Part shown: positions 25,884 to 36,777 of the stretch, piece after piece | Numbering within the stretch: position 1 is the stretch's first letter | Layout of the letters: the number at the start of each line of letters is the position of its first letter | NCBI GenBank assembly: GCA_965637545.1 | Contig: OZ281496.1 | Location: forward strand, 5,766,001 to 5,830,000 | Source of the DNA: Phallusia mammillata | Lineage: Eukaryota | Direction of reading: 5' to 3' | DNA: 64,000 bases | The notes under the pieces: model-generated | Databases searched by the model: none | What the model was told of the DNA's origin: nothing | The model's input: the letters and a program-made list of their open reading frames with translations, nothing else | Position numbers and translations under genes: made by a program

Positions 25884-25957
25884 GCCAGTCTCATATTTCC
25901 CACGTCCACACGGAGATAAAGCCAGTCTCATATTTCCCACGTCCACACGGAGATAAA
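25884..25957 (+). repeat. Perfect 37-bp tandem duplication
   Basis: GCCAGTCTCATATTTCCCACGTCCACACGGAGATAAA occurs twice. Confidence 0.95.
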
Positions 25958-26180
25958 TAAGCTGGAATTTAATAACCCCTTCCAAGCTTGCTTCCGGATT
26001 GATATTAATTGAGGAGCAATGCACAGGAGCACGAACTGGGAACTACCCTGTTGGTGCATTAAGTTTGCTTCCTGGTTCAACTTTCGCTTAGATAGAAGGT
26101 GATGTGATTTTGTTTACCGTGAAAACTAATTAATCAACGAAATAAATACTGCTATGGCACTGGAGTAAATATATCCGCGT
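25956..26180 (+). repeat. ~220-bp direct repeat, copy 2
   Basis: Aligns to 24487-24709. Confidence 0.88.
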
Positions 26181-26744
26181 TAAGGGTTATGATGTCAATT
26201 GTAACAAACCAACAAATATCTAAACATCGTAATTGACTGCGACAGGAAATATACCTTTAGGCAATCCAGTTGAATTAAACCCTTGAACTAATGACTGTAA
26301 TTGTGGCAATTAAAGTAGTAAAACATCATACAAAGTGTTAAAAGTTACAGGCACAGTAAAGTATTAACATGAGTTGTAGATCTAGTTGCAAACAATATAG
26401 TTGGCAGATCTACGCCAACAGGCATTATGACATCACTCTCGTTCATAGCAACGCGTCACAAAGACACCAAAAAAACTGGTTTATTTAACAAAGTTTACAA
26501 CAAGGAGCCCTGCTCTGAAGGTATTAACTTTATTTCTTTTGCTAATGAGAGCAAATAAAACCACAATCACCAAAGTAATGGGTCTGGTAAATTGCAAACG
26601 CAACAAACTTATCACTGTAGCAACTATTGTGTCAAACAAACTGGTGTCGCATAACCATATCTACCATGAGTAAAATTTGAAATAAATGGATTTTATGCCA
26701 AAGTGCACAAACATAAGAGAGGAATACATGCTTTGGATAGTTAG

Positions 26745-26821
26745 GTTCTGCTCAGATTCAAGTCTTGGCATCAGGATATTCAGTCCCGAAGAATGGTAAA
26801 ATGAATCATCATGGCTAGAAC
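26745..26821 (-). ncRNA. SNORD2: Box C/D snoRNA, SNORD2/snR39B-like
   Basis: Minus strand GUUCUAGCC-AUGAUGA(C)-UUCAUUUUACCAUUCUUCGGGA-CUGA(D')-AUAUCC-UGAUG(C')-CCAAGACUUGAAU-CUGA(D)-GCAGAAC with a terminal stem. The guide plus D' box resembles the recalled SNORD2 CAUCUUUCGGGACUGA and complements 28S CCCGAAAGAUGGUGAA. Confidence 0.75.
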
Positions 26822-27189
26822 ACTTTTGTTTGTGGCAAATTTGTTTACTTTAACATATGGCACCAAAATTTTGCTCAAGCCCCAAAATGTTGCTGTTATA
26901 TTACTGTGTAACATTATTCTTTACCATACTATCTAACTGCATAATGAGCCCCAAAAGCATGTTGTCACATGCAATAGATTTTAGATGTAACTTTACAGTT
27001 GGTAACCTGCATTTTTAAAGAATGTATGCATGAAAATAACCATCGCAAATATTAATGGTTTTGGGTAAGTTTAAGATTTGCATTCCGTAAAACCTAGGGA
27101 ATTAAAATCAGTACATTTCATTCCAGCAGGTTTTCCTGGGTTACACATGATGCGTTAAACTTACTAAAAATACATATTGAAGACTTTAC

Positions 27190-27303
27190 CTTTCATTTCG
27201 CCCTTGACATTAACTATCACCCCGGCATTGTCCTCGAAATATACAAACTGACCATTTTTCCGATGTATCGGCTTCGATTGTCGTATGATAACTGCAGGGT
27301 GAA
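27190..27303 (-). pseudogene. RPL23: Isolated internal exon of 60S ribosomal protein L23 (uL14)
   Basis: 114-nt exon with AG/GT sites (phase 1-1) encoding [39 protein letters not shown]. No other RPL23 exons were recognised in the window. Confidence 0.8.
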
Positions 27304-28414
27304 CTGTTAGACAAAAAGTAGTTTTATTAAAACCTGGATATCCTAAAGCCATTGTGTATTTGCAACTTACTTTCAGCCACACCAATAAATACTTCAACTT
27401 TATCCAGAAAAAATTTTCACCTAAATATAATAATTCATGATATATATTAAAAATGTGAAACAATAAAAATAGTATGCAACTAATATGAATACTTTAGTAT
27501 TACAATGTAGTGATGAACTTATAAAAAAAATCATTGACAGACTCATTTAAATAACATTTTGGAAATTAGATTAAACAAAATCAGTATGATGTCATGACAC
27601 ATGTGATGTATGTAATGTAATTATAGCATTAACATGAAATACTTAAAAAAAACTAGTGACGTATTGCTGTAACTTTGCAGGCAAAAGCACTTTTAGTTTG
27701 GGTGGGTTTAAAACTTTGACATAAAATGCTCATGAAATTTGACATGAATGGTTATATAAGTCACAAAACAGATAAATTATGTCAAACAGCAGCTATAGTA
27801 AGTTTGTTTAAAAATGCAGACAAAATTATGGTGATTTGCTGTATTACCATGGCAACCATATAATTTAAATGTCAGTCTCACAAAAATAGGGTTTAAAAAA
27901 ATATATATATATTTAAAATAAACAGCAAAGATTTAAACAACTGGTTTTTAAAACATATTTAATGTGTTTAGACTTGAGCTCATTCCCCCCAAAAATGAGT
28001 TCTGAGGTGTTTTATTATGTTATGCTGACCATGAATCAATTTTGAACTGAACAATCATTTCCATACTAAATTGACTGAACCAAAAAAACAGTAAATTTTC
28101 TAACCTTACTGCAGTGAGATTTTTTCTTTATTAACAGTGAGGTCATAAAATCAATTTTCTTTCATTGTCTTGTTTTGTTTTGTCCAACAAAGCATCGTTA
28201 TTGTTGTCTTTGTTCTCAATTCTTAAATGTTTGTTGTCTTCAAATGCTGTTTTGTCCAAAACTTCTCTAATACAAAGTTTTAATTCTTCAGTCCCAGTAC
28301 CTTCTTGTGCAGACATTGGAATGATGTGTTTAAATTCGGGTTTTTCTTCTGGTAAAAGAGCTTCTGGAATAGTGTCAAGATGTGCTGAAAATTTAAATAT
28401 TTACATAATTTATA

Positions 28415-28615
28415 AGCTATTGTTGCCAGGCATGATATCAAGTTTATAGAGCTCTTCTGGCAAATGTGTTTTAATTCCGAAGTTTTGACGTCCTATACAG
28501 GTCGCCTTCATCAGGGTAAATAACACTTAATGTGACTAGTACAGTGCAAGATAAACAAAGAAAAAGAATGGAACGCAAGCACTTTGCCAGAAGAGCTCTA
28601 CAAACTTGATATCAT
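28415..28615 (-). mobile_element. Solo Penelope-type terminal repeat with a partial inverted copy
   Basis: Same family as 17590-17720 and 33965-34238. Degenerate hammerhead (CUGAUGA at 28508-28514). Inverted pair 28432-28468 / 28580-28615. Confidence 0.7.
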
Positions 28616-28707
28616 ATGCAGAGGGATTTGCCAGAGTAATAAATTAAACAAGTATAAATAAAAGCATCAACTTGGAACTAAAACCTAGAGATGAAAATAA
28701 TTTAAAT

Positions 28708-28991
28708 CAGGGGTGTCAAACTCAAACAACTTTGAGGGCCAAAAACAAACTTTTAAGTTAGTCGTGAGCCACTACAGTGTATGACAAAAAAATACAGGAT
28801 TAAAAAGTGAAATGTTAATATTGCCATTAACTACATGCAAAAATAATTTTGTAACAAACAGATATAGAGTGTAGCAGTGTGAAAGAACCAATTGTGCTTT
28901 ATTGCTTTGTGTGCAAACAATGGCATACTTCTAAAAGTTACTTCGCTGGCCGCACAAAAACTCTTGGTGGGCCGCATGTTTGACATCCCTG
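28708..28991. mobile_element. hAT MITE in a GTPBP10 intron
   Basis: TIRs CAGGGGTGTCAAAC / GTTTGACATCCCTG and TSD ATTTAAAT/ATTTGAAT. Confidence 0.87.
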
Positions 28992-29333
28992 ATTTGAATA
29001 ACTTGGTCGGCATTAACAAACTTTTACAAAGTTAACAACAAGACACTATGAAAGAATAAGTAAGCTGCAGACAGTGCACACAGTTTCAACCGAAAAGGTC
29101 TAATCAGTGCAGATGGTGACAAGAAAAAAGCCTTTATAAAGTTAACTAGAAAAAGCTTGTTTAAACCTTACATTCATAGTTGTAAAGTTGATTCATAAGT
29201 ATTTCAAAATTATCGCTTGAATTTTCACTGTCCATTTTATTAATGGCAAGAATTTTGTCTTTCTTCAAAAGTGATTCATCAAACAGCTCCAATTCCTAAA
29301 CAGAAAACAAGAAATGCCAAACACTATATGAAT

Positions 29334-29623
29334 GACTTTGCAAGCATAAGGCAGGTTTCCTATCGAGCTTCGTGCAGTCAACCATAGCGCTTGTTACATG
29401 CACGACTTTGCAAGCTTAAAGAGGGCTTCCTAACGAGCTTCGTGCAGTCAACCATAGCGCTTGCTGCATGCACTACTTTGCAAGCTTAAAGCGGGTTTCC
29501 TAACGAGCTTCGTGCAGTCAACCATAGCGCTTGTTACATGCACGACTTTGCAAGCTTAAAGCGGGTTTTCTGACGAGCTTCGTGCAGTCAAGCATAGCAC
29601 TTGTTACATGTACGACTTTGCAA
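29334..29623 (+). repeat. 70-bp minisatellite, 4 units plus a partial unit
   Basis: Unit GACTTTGCAAGCTTAAAGCGGGTTTCCTAACGAGCTTCGTGCAGTCAACCATAGCGCTTGTTACATGCAC at 29334, 29404, 29474 and 29544. Confidence 0.93.
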
Positions 29624-32591
29624 TGAGTAAAAACAGTGATGAGTTATGTTTTTCTTACCTTTGTGAGATATAGAATCGTTTCAAAGACATTTCTGAAATC
29701 ATCTCTCGGTGAAAGGTGAAATCCATTCACATCAACAACACAAAGAATGAAGTCCGTTCGTTCAACGTGTTTCAAGAAAGAATGCCCACATCCCTATAAA
29801 TAAATGTACAAAATTTGTTCACAACGTAGTCAGCCTTGCAATCGTAAGGTTAGTGGTTCTAATCCCAGTATAACATACTTTGTTCACGAATGCTCCTTCG
29901 ATAAGTCCTGGCAAATCAGCAAGTTTTATCGATCGAAAATCGTTGTAACTTATCACTCCAATCTCCGGGTTCATTGTAGTAACTAGAAAAAAAGTTAAGA
30001 AGTATTTGCAATTAAGTTAAATAATTCAGTAGCACTGATGTTAGTAATTATTGATATTGAAAACTGTTACTGATTAAAACGAATAAACAATCTTAAAAGA
30101 TTTTGTTAAGCACGATAAAAGCATTACATCAAACAATAGAGAAAATCCACATTATCAATTTACCATGCATTTGTATTCGACTGTCTGTTATACATTTTAC
30201 GATTTTTCCTACAATTGTGCCCCTTACTAAAAAATCGACACTTTGATGGGTTATTGCAATTGCATGTATCGCCAATTCAATGGACAAAAATCTGTCAATG
30301 TTTGCAATTGACAAGCTTTAACTAAATGTCCCCACTATGTTTTCGGTGTATAAGCAAAATAATTTATTCAGGTATTTTTATCACAAAAAATGTTTTTCAA
30401 CAAAACTGGCCACTTACAAGGGTAATTAGCAACTTTAGGTGTAGCGTTGGACAAGGCAGTCAACAAGGTGGATTTGCCGGCATTCGGAAATCTTTAAAGA
30501 AATAAGAACTGTGTGACATCAACATGAAATAAAAAAGCACAATTATAACCCTGCAGTTTCATGAGTGGTTGTAAAAAATCATTTTTTTTCTGTAACACAC
30601 CCTACATATATATTTCTTTAAAACCAGTTTTATTTTAGGCTCGAATCCCACCGCAGACTAGATTTTTCTTGCCTACTCCTTGCCATATGGTGGTAAACGC
30701 TTGGTGACCGGCCGATTTGGTATGGTGCTTTCAATGGGCCTGGCGTACTGTGATTATTTTAGGCTAACAAGAAGTTTTCTAATAATAAAAAATACTCCAA
30801 AAATAACAATATGTGTCCTTCAGGAAATACCATTACTACATTCATATAGTACTTGACATGTAGTATTTGTGTGATTATAAACAACCAACATTGAAAAAGA
30901 GGACTGATTGAGAATACATGTTGAACCAAGAAACCCATTTTTTTTTCATTTTGTTGGCATCACTACTAGATTTAAAAAGAGAAAAAAGTATACGTTGGGC
31001 TACTGGAATAAACATATATTGCTGGACGTTTAGTAATTTCAACCAAAAAAATCAGTTATTTTAACAGAAAAACTTGTAGTCGTGTCAGCATTAAATTGCT
31101 AACAGGGTAAATATAGAAAATATAAAAGCAGCACAAAAAAAACAATAAGAAGTTTTCTAATATGAAAAAAAAACAAAAAAAAAAAACAAACTTATGTGTC
31201 CCCTTTAGGAAATACCATTAATACATTCATATAATAAAAAGCAAATACCTACATTTTTTCACTTACCCAACAAATCCAACATCTGCAATTACTTTCATGT
31301 CAAGCCAGAGATTTCTCCATTTTCCCTTTTTCTGTTGGTAGTTGTTTCGAGACGATGCTCCTTTTCCACCGGTAGCAACAAGTAGTTTATCTTCAGGTTT
31401 TAATATGTCACCTGAAAATTTAAGTAAAGCTATAAAGTATAACAGTTAACAATCAGCAGTGAAAATAAAATAAAACTCCCACCATGCAGCATTGAATGTT
31501 CTGTTTTCTTCATTTAACTTTTAACGCTCTACTTTTGAAGTGCGCTGCACAGCGAAATGGTATAGTTCAGGGCTCGCCAACCTTTATCACTCTAATAGCC
31601 ATTCGCACCAATTAAACATGTAAAAAAACACTTGGAGCCAAAAAGCTGTTTTGAAATGAACTGCCAGTGGGAAAATGATTTTTCTTTGTCTCACGACTTT
31701 CGACTTTTGTTGTTAGTTAGTTTCTTGGATATAAGGCAGACTTGGTAAAACCTCGTCGGCAGTGAAAGCAAATGAATCCCCCCATGCAGCATTAAATGTT
31801 CGGTTTTCTTCAGACGCTGATTTTTATTTAGTTTAAAACTTATTGTTAGACAATATGAACAAACAGGTAATTGTTGCTTAACTGTTTGTCACCATTCATA
31901 AACACACAGCCAACAATACATACATTTCAATATGGAAGTACACAGTCGCATAAACCTGTATGTGCTGCTGCAGGTTGTACACCCCTGGTCTAAACCTTTG
32001 GTTTCATTCCATTTTTACACAACACTTCACTATTTTACACTACGTTTTAATGATGAGTTTTTGCTGGCACAAACATTGTCTAAGGAATGATGTAACTGCA
32101 TTTTTTGCTTGCACAAATAAATAAACTTTTATCTGAAATGGCCAATGAAAAAAAAAATGACCGCTAGAGGTGTTTTGGGCTACAAAAACTGGTTGCCTTA
32201 ACAATGAAAGTTTTGGCTTGCATAAACATTATCTGAAGTATGATTAAACTGCATACCACACAGCACACAACTATTTTTACAAAAACTCCAAAATGAGGGC
32301 CCAGGATAAGAAACAATTTACTTAAATATGTGGGTATCCATTGTTATAACATATTTTTAAAACAATCCCATTTTTGACTCACCAATTACTTTGTTTTCAT
32401 CCGCGTCAATTACAGTAATGCTACGGGGAACCGGAATGTATATGCTTGCACCTTTTAAACCAAACAGTTTGTTTCGACTGAAAAACAGATTTTTAGATTA
32501 GATGAAAAAGAACACTATATACTGATCTGTTTGTAAGTTTAATGGTGAAAATAATGGCCCAAATAGACGTAAAAAGCAACATGCTTTATTG

Positions 32592-32631
32592 TTCAAACGT
32601 TTCAGCAAATGCTCATACCATCATCAGTGAT
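32592..32631 (-). ncRNA. Hammerhead-like motif from a different Penelope-type family
   Basis: UCA-CUGAUGA-U-GGUA(UGAGCAUU)UGCU-GAAACGUU^UGA. Intact core, weak stem II, 3-bp stem I. Confidence 0.45.
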
Positions 32632-33964
32632 ATGAAGGCCACACCAGTTACACCCGTTTTCGAATCAAGCGTTGTATAAAAACAATAGATAAAAAGGTGC
32701 GCAGAAGCGAGGTGTAAGCCACCTGGAAGGTGAAAAAGAACTGTTGTATTACAACGTTTTCAATCATGATGTCAAAGGCTGATAACTTTTTTTAGAGTTG
32801 TATTTATGAATGGTAAAGCTCGAGGTTTAAAGTAGAATTCCAGTAAAACCAAATTTATATCTGCTGTTTATATTTGATAATAGAAATAGTATTCCAACCT
32901 ACAGAGTTTAAATCTGTAGCAGTCAAGTGGTTTTAAACCACCATTTTGGCACATTAGTTTACATTCAAAGTCTTTTTATTCAAAAATGTGCCATTTTACA
33001 TTTACAGGGATTTTACATGGTAATAGCTTTAACATTTGCGTGCAATTTGCTACAAGTTAGTAAAACTAAACGCATATTTACAGCTCTATACCTTATTATA
33101 TCAGAAATTTAACACTCGATTTGTTTATTGGCACCAAATAACTGTTATAATTTTGCCGGGTGAAACAAATTGGAGCAGCACAATTGCACTGAAATGTTCA
33201 ACGAGCCGAAAATAGCTGAACAATGTTAAGACATTATGACAAAGTTGAGAGCACATTTGGTGGATAAATGGTGAAGGCGCTGCAGCTAAACCTTTACAAT
33301 AGTCAGCCATATTGCTTTTTTCGTCTGCTTAAATACAGTTTATAAAACCAATGGAACAGGTTAAGATGATGCTTTTTCAATATGTTTAAGAACAGAGCAC
33401 AAATACCCGTGAAAACCACTATTTAAATGATTTCACCCACCTCGAATTTTCCCCATTGTCAGCAATGAAGCGTTGTGTTGATACGTCTTTTTCATGTCCC
33501 TTAGAGTTGTGCTGTTGTTCTTCGCTGCGACAACACAAACATCTCCGCCTCGTCCACCAATTCCCCCTAAACTGGGGAAACTGATTCCCCCCACGAACAT
33601 AAACACGCAGCTTGTCCACAAATTTGTGATTGTATTGAAAGAATTTTAAACAATATAATTAAGACATATAAAATCTTTTACCACTAGGAATAATCATAGA
33701 TTTTAAACAAAATTTAAATTTTTTACTTTGAAAAAGAGGTGTTAAACTTAACCAAGCTGGTCTTAACTTTAACTAAACCAATTGTTGTGTAAATAATTAC
33801 GAATAGAATTTAAACAAACAATTAAAATATTTTATCTTTGGGGTATTGTGTTGCACAGCACAGCCAATCTAAACAACATGGCAATGTCCAGTCGAAACAG
33901 TTTAATGAATATAGTGCATCGCTGATTTTACATTTTAATACACTTCATTCAGAACATGGATTTA

Positions 33965-34238
33965 TTATGAAATAAGCTATTGCTGCCAGGCATAATGTTA
34001 GACCAAGTATTGCTCATCCAGCAGTTTTTATTGTAAACAATCGACGTTTTGACGTCCTATACGACGTTTTGACGTTCTTGTTATCGCCGTTTTGCATGTA
34101 TGTGTTTTGCATTTTGTCGCTTTAAAAGACATTCGTCTTGCAAGTTATGTCATTATCCTGATGAAGGCGTCTTGTATAGGACGTCGAAACGTCGATTGTT
34201 TACAATAAAAACTGCTGGATGAGCAATACTTGGTCTAA
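33965..34238. mobile_element. Penelope-type terminal repeat with a 65-bp inverted duplication
   Basis: 33998-34062 is the reverse complement of 34174-34238 with one mismatch. Same family as 17590-17720. Confidence 0.8.
34152..34199 (+). ncRNA. Minimal type I hammerhead ribozyme motif with intact core
   Basis: AUUAUC-CUGAUGA-A-GGCGUC(UUGUAUAG)GACGUC-GAAACGUC^GAUUGU. 6-bp stem II, palindromic ACGU stem III, stem I AUC/GAU plus extension. Confidence 0.7.
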
Positions 34239-35649
34239 TGGATTTATTATATTATCTCTGTGCATGAATTAAGTGATTTTACAATGCATTTTGTCACGGT
34301 AAAACAAAAAGTTATAAACTTGCATAAAAATGTTTTTTTTACATTTCAAAGACATACAATAACACTTTAAGCTAAACGTTGTTGTAATCAAAACAAGGTC
34401 TTAAGAAATCATTTAATTGTGCTCATCTAGAAAACAAACTTTCCCAAAAATATTGAAACCAACTGTTAGATGAACCATTTTTTTCAAGAAACACAAAATC
34501 TCAACGCTTTAAAATCCGTTTTTCATGACGATCTGCAACAATATTATGTTTTAACGCGGAAACCCGAATTGTTTTTTCAACTAAAATCGGAAAAATACGT
34601 TTTTATTTTCATTTTGCAAAACAAACATGTATTTACAAATTCTCCACATGCGTAACGCATGACTAGGTTGCCCACTGAACCATAACAAGTTTTTTTTAAT
34701 TTTATTGTGGATTTTGGATGAAATTATTTTGGCGACGTATATTTTCCAGTGGTGGGATTTAAATTTTTTGTCAGCTGGTTCTATCACAAAAGACATATTT
34801 TTTAGCCGGTTCTGTTTCAAAAAGTCCATTGACAGTAACCAGAAATGCTAACCGGTTCTCTGATCTCATAAAATTTGAAAATGTGCGGTCAGGATTTTTA
34901 TTTGTATGACCCAGTAATGAGAAGTAAACCAATCAATACCTCCAACATTTAATTCCTCACAATTATATACCATATGTTGTACCTTTTGTTGACTGTTTGT
35001 CGTTGACAGTTGTAGGGGGTTGCCCAAGCTGAGTTTTAAACCAATATTTAATCTCCCAGAATGTTGGGGACGTTTTTTTGGTGATCGTTGATTACCTACC
35101 TTCAATATTCAACCGGCTTGAATCCACCCATGTTGTCACACCCAGTCGCGTTGCCCTTCGCGCTGCTTGCTTCTCCAACGAGATTCCACACTTCTGTCAC
35201 GTGTAAATTTTAAACGTAGTCTTAAGGTGCGGCTGCTGCGTCAATATATATTGACTTCTCTCGCTTTTGGGTGCTTTGTCTCTGTGTTTTGCAGGTGTTT
35301 AATTTGTAGAGATAATATTTTTTTTATTTTTTTTTACCTTTTTTTACTTTTTACCACTTTATTTTGACAATCTAGGCTACCACATGTTCGTTTCACAGAA
35401 ATTGAGGATGCCTGTTTTTTTAAGAAATCTATTTTTTTGTTGCTTTAAAGAAATGATTTAGCCTATACTTTGCACCTAATTTTTATGAAACAGTCAAAAT
35501 ATTCACGTGTTCTATTTATGTATATTATTCTTACATTGGCGTATTTTCAACCGCGAGGTTTGTTTATCCGTTTCTCGATTCTTTGGCACTAGTGTAGTAT
35601 TTTGTACTGTTACGCGCCATATCTTTATACGGTATAAAAAATAATCCAA

Positions 35650-35991
35650 TGCAACGTAATATTCGGTGCGTAGCCTACCTCAGGTTTGCAAAATAACATG
35701 CTCGACGTCAATTTTGGTTTCTACAACTGTCGATGACCTAAAATCACCACATAAATTTATTGTTGCATTTTTCCATATTCGAACCAAGTTTTTCAAATCA
35801 GAAACCCGTACACAGCGATAAAACAAACCGTTTTGCGCAGGTTCAAGCTGCTTAATACGCAGAAAACGCTCGGTAGGCGATCGCTCGCTCATTTCTACTA
35901 AACATGAGCGCCCGACATCAGTCAACCGGACACAAAATAAACAAATTTACGCAAATTTGAGCGCGCGCCATACGCACAGTAAAACGGGCCT
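35650..35991. mobile_element. Partial copy of the Harbinger-like MITE at 46418-47124, opposite orientation
   Basis: Shares GAGCGATCGCCTAC, GCTTGAACCTGCG and terminal ...AAACGGGCCT. Confidence 0.7.
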
Positions 35992-36777
35992 TAAAATTGA
36001 GAATTAGCCGAGAAGAAGAGATTCAACGCCACTACTACATATTTTATACATGAGCACTCGCATTTATTTCTATACACTGTTCTATGTCTCTGGTCTGAAG
36101 AAGATATGCTGCACTGCTTGTTCGATATATTTCCTTTTAGCACTGTTACATCTCCACGTTCAGTTACGCATGATTAACTTGTCTCATAATTTCCCTGCTA
36201 TGACGTTACAATGGCCATGTGCGTAACAGTAAAATTGGAAGGCCCTTGTCTGAATGTTGCAATGGTTGGTTCATTTTACTGTACAACGTGGTTGAGTGAT
36301 ATGACTTTATTACTGCATTAAGTAAATTCGTTTGTGTGGCGTTTTTAGAGACGAATAAGGCTAAATTAAATATTGTGACGACTGACTAATTAATCTTCAA
36401 GTGAAGGCTGTTTACCGTGATTTTCGTGATTGCAGCGATTGTTTCATCGTCTTGCAACTGTTAATACGTGTACTGTACCTGTTGACAAAATAGTTGAAAA
36501 TCTTTCCCGTTCCCGTTTCGTTCTTAACCCTGTTTCTATCCGTTCCTGATTGTGTACGACGTTGTGGTTGTTGCCGCTGTTGTCGCTCTGGATTATTACA
36601 CGAGATTCGGGAAGTGTGATTTGTGTGGGAAGGGCGGGGCGTGTTTCAACGTGACAAACCCCTTTGTGAGGCTCAGCCTTGCAGGTCAGCCGTTCAAAGT
36701 CTACATAAAGAAGTTTTCAACTGTTGCTTGTTGAAAAGGAAATCTTCAACCGTTGCTTGTTCGCTCAGTGAAGAAAA

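Larger units (their letters stand above)
28143..33629 (-). pseudogene. GTPBP10: GTPBP10 (Obg-family GTPase) with a disrupted 5' exon. Exons 33441-33629, 32383-32477, 31267-31411, 30418-30491, 29879-29982, 29659-29793, 29172-29295, 28143-28384
   Basis: FVDKLRVYVRGG, IADVGFVGFPNAGKSTLL, YPFTTMNP, LADLPGLIEGA, FLKHVERT, AINKMD and KHIIPMSAQEGTGTEELK. Splice phases are consistent. The exon at 33441-33629 has two frameshifts and AA in place of the acceptor AG. Could be a functional gene affected by assembly errors. Confidence 0.85.

Noticed and set aside
29334-29623. Regularly spaced repeats resembling a CRISPR array
   Set aside because: Whole units repeat with no unique spacers, the context is eukaryotic and there are no cas genes.
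31568-31987. Possible hAT MITE (CAGGGCTCGCCAAC...CACCCCTG)
   Set aside because: TIRs match poorly and the TSD agrees at only 4/8.
36078-36750. Possible 5' LTR of the BEL element
   Set aside because: No second LTR, clear primer-binding site or TSD to define it.
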